From: Vitrella brassicaformis CCMP3155
Taxonomy: Eukaryota > Protista > Chromerida
Assembly: GCA_001179505.1 (NCBI GenBank)
Contig: CDMY01000490.1
Span: 1-64,000 of the forward strand
DNA length: 64,000 bases
Direction of reading: 5' to 3'
The notes under the pieces were generated by a model that was not told the origin of the DNA, ran no database searches, and saw nothing but the letters and a program-made list of their open reading frames with translations. The position numbers were made by a program, and so were the translations under genes. Of the stretch, positions 51,365 to 64,000 are shown in pieces. How positions within the stretch are numbered: position 1 is the first letter of the stretch; each line of letters opens with the position of its first letter.

Positions 51365-54300
51365 ATGGAGCGTCCGGCCAAGCAGAGGAAAACCCGCTCT
51401 TCCTCATCAGGGCGTCGAGGCCGGCGAGCATCCGTGTCGCCATCAACGAGAGACCACAGTGGCCATGACGAGCACGAGATGCAGGCAGCGACCGGGCAGC
51501 AAGATCACGGCGGTAGTATGAATGTGGTGGACGACGGGGCCTTCGAGCAGGTGTATGGCGAGGTCCGGGAGTGCTTCGAGACTGACCGGATGTGCAGGGC
51601 CTTCTGCAAGACCGTCATCCAGATGGGATTCGGTACGGAGACACAGCCAGAAACATCTTCGTTGCATTGCATTGCATTGTGGTGTGTGGTGTGTATTGTG
51701 GATGATGACATCCATCAGTGCGCGGCGAGCGGTTGGGAAAGATATGCCATCTCATCGAGACCAACGTGCGGACAGACACCAAACACACATACATTCGCCC
51801 ACCCACCCACCCACCCACCCATGCAACCCCATGCACACGGACCACTTGCCGCACTCGTGTGCCATGCTCTCTCTGTGTTTTTGTGCGTGTCTGTCATTGT
51901 CTGTCATTCGTGCTGCAGAGTGGGTGTTTCCAAGTAGTGGGTGCCTCGGGTAGCGGCAAGAGCTCCCACGTGCGGGCGCTCCTCCGCAACCTCGCGCCAT
52001 GGCCAGTCGTGTACGTGGACTTGGGGCGGTGCGGCGACAGCCCCAAGGCCACCAGGCTCAAGCTCCTGACGGGGCTGCAGCGGTACCTGAGCAGAAACAA
52101 CCCCATGCGCAAAAGGAAAAGTACACAAAAGAGGGCGGCGGGCATGGCATTGGTTGGGTGGGTATGGCTGTGCTTGCGCGTGTGGTGTCTGTGTGTGCAG
52201 TCACATCGGCATCGACGCACCATCGCAAGTTTCCCAAGACGTTCAGCAGCCTCCTGAGCTCGCTCTACGCAGAGAAAGCCAAGCGGGCCATCCTGGTACT
52301 GTGGGGGGACCACCTCTTGCCATCCACCATGCACACACACCCATTGTGTGTGTGTGTGTGTGTGTGTGTAGGTGTTTGACGGTGCCCATGTGCTCCCGTC
52401 GCATGACTACCAGCTGTGGTGGACCCTGAGGCAGCAGCACCGCCTCTACCACAGCCCCAAGTGCGTCGCCGTGTTTGTGTCCAAGCGGCCTCTCGACGTC
52501 CCCAGAGAGATGGAGGGCGACCATCCCATGCCTCTCGTCGAGTTCACCCCCTATACTACCGGTCAGCCAGCCACCCGGACACACACGAGAAGATCTTCCT
52601 TTCCCTCTCTCTCTCGATTTGCGTGTGGATGTGTGTATGTGTAGATGAGTACCGTAGCATACTGCGGAGCAGCTATGACCGCATCGGCGTGGCGGCCATC
52701 CGGCAGTCTGGGTACTGGGGGTTGCAACAGCAGCAGCAGCAGCGGGAGGGGGGCGGTGTAGATGCAAGTGCAGAGGTGGTGGTGGACATGGAGATAGATG
52801 ATGGCGGGGACAAGGTGGACGTAGACATGATGGACGCTGAGACGCACGGCGCTGCTGCTGCCGCTGCTTCCAGTGCCAGCGCCAATGATATCGGCCAATG
52901 GCTGCACACACACAGAGGTGAGCTGCGGCGAGAGATGGAGCCATGCAGGCGGTGGTTGATCCATATTTGTCTATCGTCAGGTGTGTTGTTGCGTTGGTGG
53001 AATCGGTTCATCGATGTGGTGCTGAACGTGGAGAGCAGCAGCATGGGATCGGACTTCAAACAGATGCAGGACATTGCCAGGTCGGTGCGATGCGATGCGT
53101 GGCTGTGCAACTAACTGCAGAAACAACTCACCCACACCCACACCCACCACCCTGTCTGTGTCAATGTAATGTGCCGATGTTCAGGATCCTGTGGCCGAGA
53201 TACATTGCCAAATTCCTCATAGACAGTACACGCACACACAACAAACAAACGACCCAACACCCACATGACATGGATGACGTTCTGTTGTCTGTCTGTGGTT
53301 GGTTCTCTCCCTGTCTGTCTGTCTGTTCGTTGGTTGTGTTGGACAGAGCGCGTGAGCGACGCAGGTGTGTCGACTGTGGCCATGACCAAACAGCTCAGAG
53401 ACGACCTGGCCAAGTGAGTGAGAATGGAGAACTCGGAGCCAGCCAATAACCCACCCACACCGCCCACAGCATAGCATACACACGTGTCGTGGTTGTGGGT
53501 GGATCCCTCTGGCCATCGATGGATGGATGTCTGTCAGGATCCGGTACCATCTGCACATGCCCGACGCCTATTTCCGCAGCCACCCTCCCGCAGCACTCGC
53601 ACACCTGACCACCGACACACCACACACCACCAGCAGCATCACACTCAAAAGTAGGCAAGGGAACGAACAAGTGGATGTAGGACACATAACGGCACCGGAT
53701 TGACCCGCCCCCCCTCTGTCCCTCTCTCCGTCGGTGTGTGTGTGTGTGGGTCAAGAGTGGTCCCTGTTGCCTGTTGCGAGCAAGCTGCTGCTGGTGAGCA
53801 GCTTTGTGGCGGGCTACAACACGCCCACCAACGACTGGCGGCTGATGCGGCCCGACTCTGCCGGCACATCGCGCGGCAGAGAGCAAAACCAAAAGCATCG
53901 CAGGCAGATTAAGGCGCAGAAACAACTCATGGACGAAATGGACACACAGGTACCTCAGCACACTCACAGAGAGGGAGGGAGGGAGGGACGGAGAGGAGGG
54001 ATGTGTGTGTGTCTTCGTGTATTCCCGCGTGTGGGTGTGTTCAGGAGCATTTGTATACCAGGGCCCCCCAGCTGTTTGATGTGCCCCGTCTGCTGGCCAT
54101 CGCCGAGGCCATCCGCACCGGCGTGTTGGACAAGAAAGACAACCTGGAGAGACACATGACCCTGCACCAACACGTACCCACCCACCCACACACACAAGCA
54201 ACCACCCTTCCCTCCCTCCCTCCCTCCCTCCCTTCGCCCCCAGCACACATGACATGGCATCGGTGTGTGTGGGGGTGGGTAGGTGGTGCAATTGGTGCGG

Positions 54301-54635
54301 CTGGGGTGGTTGGTGCTGTGCAAGGACCGGGATGGCGTGCCTGACGAGCTGGGCGGCCGTCGCCAGAGGTGCCAGTATCGCACGCCGAGGTCCGCGGCGT
54401 CCGCACACTCCAACAGAGACCTGGGCCGCCAGCTGCTCGACAACAAGGCCAAGATGCTCACAAATGTACGCCTGTGTGTGCGTGTTAAATTGCAGCGGGG
54501 GAATCGCGTGCAACGATGTGTGTGTGTGTGCGTGTGTGTGTGTGGCTATAGGTGCGGTACACCCAGGCGCTGGAGTTGGCGAGAGACCTGAACATCCGGC
54601 TGTGCGAGATCAACTACATTAAGAAACGAGACTGA
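51365..54635 (+). CDS. ORC5: Origin recognition complex subunit 5
   Basis: Walker A VVGASGSGKSSHVRALL; C-terminal KLLLVSSFVAGYNTPTND, PQLFDVPRLLAIAEAI and ALELARDLNIRL. Confidence 0.82.
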
Positions 54636-54682
54636 TCGTTTCTTGATGTATGTGATCTCGCACAGGCGGATGTTGAGGTCTC
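54583..54682. repeat. Imperfect inverted repeat (47-bp arms, 6-nt loop) spanning the ORC5 stop codon
   Basis: gagacctgaacatccggctgtgcgagatcaactacattaagaaacga is mirrored by tcgtttcttgatgtatgtgatctcgcacaggcggatgttgaggtctc; the loop is gactga. Confidence 0.92.
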
Positions 54683-57600
54683 CTGACAGACCCCCACACC
54701 ACGCCGACCCTGATGCACCACACAGATGCATCTGGGATGGGTGGGTGTGATCTGACACCGGTGCTGTGTGTGCATATATCGTGGCCTGGTGTGGACTAGA
54801 TAAAGGCGGGAAGTCAGTTGTGGGTAGGTACAGACATCCAGCGTACGTGTGAAGGCTCAAGGCTCGTGGGTTTGGCGGTTCCACACGTCACATCTCGATT
54901 GACCGACATAATGATATCGGCACAAAGACGTCAGATATGAGCATCATGCAAGCCAAGCAGCCACCGGGGGAATTAAGAATGTCGGTTCGTCGGGCTAGCT
55001 CTGAAAGCAATACGCTTTCCTTTGTTCTGTCCACCATCGCGCTATCACGCACCATTCGTCCATCCATCCCACGGCATGCAGTGTAGTCGACCGGGTGTGT
55101 CGCATCAACACACGCTCGCACGTACGTACGAAAGAAGCAAGGAGCACGGAGCGAGGGAGGGAGGGAACGAGGGAAGGAGGCAGGACGCACCGACCACCAC
55201 AAGACAGCAAGCGACCGACCAGCAGCAACCCTGACTGACGAGAGAGAGGGGAATAGGGGGCCACGCCACCACACCACCACCACACCACCACACCGCCAGC
55301 AGCAACATAAGACATGGATGCAATGAATCAATGGTTGGTACGAGCGATTAGTCCCTCCCATGTACCTTACCTACCCACACCGCCTGTGTATCCACCCCCA
55401 TGCACCTCCTCTCCCTGACTGACTCACCGACCCGCCCGACCCCCCGCCATGCGAGACAACAGGCTGCTGCCTTGTGCAGTGCAACGAGTTGAGTACTGAG
55501 TGAGTGGTAGGCAGTCAGTGGATGGATGGATGGATGGGAAATGAGTACGGTAGCAGGCTCACTTACTGGCCGTGTGTATACAGGCACGTAGGTACGGCAG
55601 GGCAGAGAGCAAGGCAGAAAGAGTGGCTCTCGGGTCAGTCAGGTCACACAGGCTGGGCTGTGCGCTCGAGTGTGTGTGTGCGTATGCATGTGTGGATACA
55701 GGTACAGGGGTGGAATGAATGGATAGGGAAGGTGTCTACGTGTGGCAGGCAGGCAGGTAGGCAGGCAGGCATCATGTAATTCGATGAATGGATGGATGGA
55801 TGGATAGCGTGACTTACGTGTGTGTGTGTGATAAGGACCGTCCTAAGGGCGAAGAAGGCACGAGCATTCTGTTCTGTTTCCTCGCAACTGTCTCTGTCAG
55901 ACAGACAATAAGTAAGACACACAAGAGAGACAGACCACAACACACACACCAAAGTACGAGAGGACAGACCACCACGAGGCAAAAAGGCACACCGACAGAG
56001 AGGCACACACCACATGGTGGAGGCAGCAACCGATTCCCCCCCCACCCCCACACCCACACCCACACAGAGGGGAGATGGGGAGGGAGGGAGGCAGCAGGCC
56101 AGGCCGTTTGTGTGTGTATGCGTGTGTAACGTAGGTACGCAGGCATCGCACACACATTGACATTGACATGCAGGCACAGGTGGACATGAAGGCATGAAGG
56201 CACACACACACATACAGGAGGGCCGGCGACTCCCTCGTCAGTGCATCGAGGAGGAAAGCAGGCCGGCCCCACACCACACCGCACAAGACAAGACCCCCGC
56301 ACACCTTTACACCACCACTGAAGCCAGACATGACCTAGAGAGAATACGCCCTTACAAGCCAGCCAGCCATATAGCCATCGGTCTCCATCGGCATGTCATG
56401 TGCCCGTGTGACGGGGGGACGGCCTAGGCCATGCACGCCATAGCTAGCGCATCAATCGTATGCAATGTGTGTGTGTGTGTAGCATGTCAGTGAGCTGGGC
56501 GGAGGTGACGTCTGTCTGCAAAAGCTGAGTGTTGAAAAAACACCTAACCAGTCTCCCTCGCCATGCCATGCCATGTCATGTCATGTCTGTCTGCCCTCAG
56601 TCAGCCGCTCGCAGTGTCGCAACAGTTGCAACCAACCGTTGCAATCGCGATGCATCCATCTGCAGCCAGCCAGCCAGCCAGCCGGAGCAGCCGCAGCAGC
56701 AGCATCCATCGCTTGAAAGCCTCGCTCAGTCAGCCAACACGCCGCCATCCAGCCATCCATCATCACAGGCAGCCCCCAACCACATCCCTGTTATGAGACA
56801 CGACGAAGAGACGAGTGAAGTATCGACACCGACCGCCCTCTCCCCCTCCCCCCGAACGAGTGAGCGACGCGAGAAAGTTGTTTGTGGCTCTGCCTATCCT
56901 TCCATCCATCCACCACCCAGCACCGCGCTATCCGTGTGTGCAGCGCCCTTCACCCACACGGCTGCCACACACACGTTGCTCTACGTGTACCGACAACCAT
57001 GAGGGTGAGCAAGGCAAACATCGGATCGCGCATGGCAATTGAGATCGGTCTCTGTCTCTGAGGGTACGTAAGTCGCATGGCCTGGCCACCCGATCAGATA
57101 GACACGCCGGCCGGCCAGACAAAAACACGGTAAGAAGCTCGCTCGTCTACGTACCAGTCGCATAGGTTAGGCCGACGCCAGGTCACCAGGTTATGAAACA
57201 AACTACAGACCGCTCATGCCTTCCTGCCTCGCCCCCTTCAAGCAACCGGTCACCTCACCCACTACCCCACCATGTGCAGCTGTCTGTGTCTGTCTGTCTC
57301 TTGTGTGTCAGGTTAGTCGCCAGATTGCCATCAGAGGGCAGACAGTGATGCTACGCCGACCGTCCGTCCGATGCTTCACTTCAATAATGGTCTGGTCTGT
57401 CTGATCGTTAGTGTGTCCATCCGTGCATCGGTCCACCGATCCATGCGTCTGTCCACCGTGGATGCAGGCATGGCATGCCATGGCATGGCCACGGGTGGGT
57501 AGTGTAGTGCCATGCCTGCCGCCAGAGGTGAGGTGTCCATGCGTTGCATATAGACTGCCTCCCGACCCGACCCGCCCCCTCCCCTCCCTCACGATTGAGC

Positions 57601-60600
57601 ATCTGTATGTACGTGTGTATGAATGTACGTATGTATGTGTGTGTACGTATGATGGATGGCATGTATACATACTTCCACCCAGCCAGCCAGCCGCTCTCGC
57701 TGTGTGTGTTTGGATATCGGTCGCGCTGCCTGTGTCTTTCGGTGGTGTGTGTTGTGTAATGGTGTGTTGTGTTGTGTTGTGTGTGGTATTTATTGTGCGC
57801 CGGACAGTACAAAAAGACGAAAAGCAAAGGCGGGCCAGACGGTTATGTATGTATGTATTACGTATAGATAGAGAGATAGGTAGAGAATAGAGCCAGCCTC
57901 TCTCCGTCCGCATCATGCTTCTGTCCGCACACACACACACACACACACGTAGGCAGCCAGCCAGCCAGGCAGCCAGCCAGAGACGTGGGCACACACTCAG
58001 ATAGTCGACACACAGAGGTCGGTCGGTCGATGGTTCTGCTCTGGTTGCGTGTGGTTGCTTTGCTTCCTTCCCCCGTCGCCTCCCGGATCATTCTTCCCTC
58101 CAACCTTGCTATGATATCGACATCCAGCCCGCGACTACGCATCGCCTTCAGGTGTGTCGGCCTCACCTCCCAACACCCACCCCATCCAACACACACCACA
58201 CCCATATACCCACCCGATATACCAGATACACACAGACACACAAAAAACCTCGGCAATTGAAGAGATATAGAGATAGATAGGCTAGAGGTCTGACGACACA
58301 CATATATACTGCGAAGAGAGAGCAATTGGAGCAAGTAAGTAAGCCAGACAGACAGACAACAGAGTGCCCCCCGACGCAGTCGCCACACATGCAGGCAGCC
58401 GACAGACAGACGCCAAGCATTGTGAGAGCAGCAAGCCAAGCTAGCTGCTCAGGAAAACAGGGCGGACGAGCTGGGGGGCACTCTGGCGGCAGACGAAACA
58501 GGGGAAGAAGATACAACCAGCCAGACAGACAGACAGACAGCCAGACAGACAGACAGACAGACGTGCACAGTAAGTATAAGAATGCGACTGCTCCTTCCTT
58601 CCCTCCATCTCTCCCTCGCTCATTGCTGTTCGGTCGTTTGTGGGATGGGAACGTGCCCTCTTTCCCTGGAAAAGCCGAAAAATGGCCCGCTCGCCATCTG
58701 ATACCAAATGAGTCATTCATGCCATGCCTTGCCTTGCCCGATCCATCCATGCATCCATGCATCCATCCATCCATCCCGCCCGCCCGCCTGGTTGTGTGCC
58801 CGGCGCTGGTCAGCTGGCCAACGGGCATTCGGCCAGCAGCCGCAGCAGCCGCGCACCGCGTCAAAAAAGGGCTCGGCTCACTCGCGTGACGCAGACATCA
58901 CGCAGAGGCAGCACGACACACTCACTCCACCGGTGACCCACACAAACCACTGACCGACTGATTCACTTAGATGAAGGCAAGACAGCAAGGAAGGAAGGAA
59001 GTATCGAGTGAGTGAGTGATCAAATGATTGATGTTTGAGTGAGAAGCTGGCTGGACGCACAATGAATGCCTGGATGGGATGCTTCCAAGCCGACAGACAT
59101 CGCCTTATCCGATGATCCACCCTCACCTCTCTGCCTGCTAGGTCGCGAGACAACGAGGGAGGGAGGGAGTCAGTGAGTGAGTGAGTGAGTGAGAGTAGCT
59201 GACGAGTCAGTCACGAGTTGTCAGTCAAAATTGCAGCACTCCGTAGAGGCACAGGAAGGAAGCAGGCAAGCAACCAACCAAGGAAGCAGTTCATTGCACG
59301 GCACGGCACGGCACATCATGTCAGGCACGTCATTGACGGGAGTGAGTGGATGGACCCAGGCAGGCAGGCAGGCAGACAAGCACTTGAACGATGCACAGAC
59401 GGGCAGGCAGGCAGGCAGGCAGGCATGTCGATCACGTCATGAATACTCAATCAATACGATATGCAGTCATGCGCGCAGAGGCGGGCGGGCAGACTGTGTG
59501 TGTGTGCGTGTGGGGTCGACTGCAGGAAGGCAGACAGGCATGGCGGGGCGGCTGGCAAGGTGAGGCTGAAAATTGAATGCCGGCCGCCCTCCACGCCCAC
59601 TCACACCACACACACATACACACACGCACACGCCAACCAGCGCCCCGCCCCCCTTTCTCTTGTCGAATTCAGCCAGCAGAGGTGCACGTCTAGTGCTCTT
59701 GACAAAGGGCCATCAAGCAATCAATCGGAATCTCTCTCTCGTGCGCAAGTGGCACTTTCTCTCTTTCCCTCCCCCTCCCCCTCGCGTAGTCTACACCATT
59801 CTTGCACACACACACACACACACACACACATCCACACAACACTCTCATTTGGAAAAGGAGAAAAGACCGACCATAAGGACGGACACACAGACACGGGTAC
59901 ACGTCAACCGATCCATCATCACTCGCTCACCCACTCTCTCTCACTCACAAACAACAGACAAACAGCCAGCTGCTCTGCTCTCCTCTGATGTGCAGTGCAA
60001 CGCAACGCAATGCATCAATGCAATGGATGCTCTTACTGCTAAGAGATGCCGAGAAGTCTGCGAAAATCGACGCCAGGCTGGTCTGGGCTGGTCTCACTCA
60101 TTCACTCCCATCCATCCATCCATCCATGCCAGCCATGGCCATGATATGCACTCACGCGAATGGAATGTGTGTGTGAGGGAAAAAAGACGTTGGACGTTCG
60201 TGTCGTGTGTGTCCAGCAGCAGCAAGAGGGAAACACCACACCCGCCCTCACACACAGGGGCACATGTGCGCAGCCACTTGGCACACGTCGATGCACACAC
60301 CATACAGGAGGTAAGGGCTGGCTGGCTGGTGGGTGGGTGGGTGGAAAACGTGCCACTGCGATCTCGTTGGCACGTTTGCCTGATGTGGTGTGGGGTGGGG
60401 TGGTGCGCTAGTCACGCCATGCATCCATCCATCCATCCACTCGAGCAGGCAGGCACGAAAATGGTTGGAGTGGGAGAAATGCGGGCCAATGATTGCAATG
60501 AAGCAATGCCTGGCTGGGGAAAAGGGGCACGCAACGCACACACGGCCGGCCAGCCGTCCGGAAGCGGCGGAAAAAGCACTCGGGCGGGGCGGTGCTGCAA

Positions 60601-61560
60601 GGCATGCATGGTCGACGGCAATGGTCCGTCCATCGGGATGCATCAACAGGACACGCACACACCAGACACCGCAGTCAGTCACAACAAACGAACAACACAG
60701 ATGAGCAAGGGACATACACGTATGTTATGTGTGTTGTGTCAGTGGAGGGTGAGGAGAAAAGAGCGGTTCTCCGTGCGTGTGTGCGGGTGGGCGCTCTCTC
60801 TGTCTACCCTGCCATGTATCAACGCAGCCAATGGACACAGACACACCACACCAGGACACACAGCAAGAGAGAGAGACGGGGAGGCAGGCAGGTACACGGG
60901 CAGCCAGGCAGCGAGCAAGACAGCGAGTGCCTCGCTTAACAAAGGAAAGTACATATGCCCAGAGAAGAGAAAAACCGCATCGCCAGTTAGCCACCCGTCA
61001 TCCAGCCATCCCATCCTCCGTCTGCTCGTCCTCTCCTCCTTTAAAAGACGCACCACCCACCCACCCACCCGCACCACTCACCAACCCCCACTGGCATGTC
61101 ATGTCATGTGATGGCATGCAATGTATTGTATGCAATGGGATGTAATGCATTGTAGTGAAATGGGATGAGCAAGAGTGTATCATGTTATGTGTGGCAAGGC
61201 AACCAACGCACCAACCCCGCCCACAGCACAAGACACCACGCAACGCAACGCCACGCCACGCACACGAGAGAGAGAGAGAGGCATCCAGCCATCCATGGCC
61301 ATGGGCGGGTGGGTGGATGGACCGACACACACTCTATCTATCGCCGCCAGCACCAGCCATGCCAATGTCAGCCACCCCGCCAGCCAGCCGGATCAAGCAT
61401 CCATCAATGAGTGAGGAAGGGCCCCACACGAGGAAAAAGGGGGACACCCTGCAGGCCCTCACACACCCACAAACCCACACACCCACCCACACAATGTAGT
61501 AATGGAATAGATAAGAGACAATTCACCCTCTCCCTCCCTCCATCCCTCCCTCCCTCTGTC

Positions 61561-64000
<2,440 letters not shown>

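Overview
Intron-dense, GC-rich eukaryotic nuclear DNA with (TG)n/(CA)n-rich introns and six 300-N assembly gaps. The style and gene set suggest a chromerid alveolate such as Vitrella (inference). Housekeeping genes reconstructed from spliced exons: thiamine pyrophosphokinase, MoaC/MOCS1B, PIMT/PCMT1, tRNA-Asp(GTC), an RRM+SPOC (Spen-like) protein, TRAPPC6, CZIB/DUF866, SRP14, a signal-peptide ubiquitin-like protein, TTLL1, a coproporphyrinogen oxidase 3' exon, ORC5 and a SAM-TKL kinase. Many gene pairs are head-to-head with short shared promoters carrying a recurrent AGCTCGCA motif. The main points of interest are: (i) a phage/giant-virus-type tandem NUMOD4-HNH endonuclease gene with a spliceosomal intron, 138 bp downstream of a CRE-like restriction-endonuclease non-LTR retrotransposon bounded by a perfect 17-bp target-site duplication; (ii) an inverted copy of the PIMT promoter and exon 1 in front of TTLL1 that can splice in frame; (iii) a TrmY-like SPOUT methyltransferase, a family known mainly from archaea; (iv) a long hairpin with the ORC5 stop codon in its loop; and (v) several local duplications.
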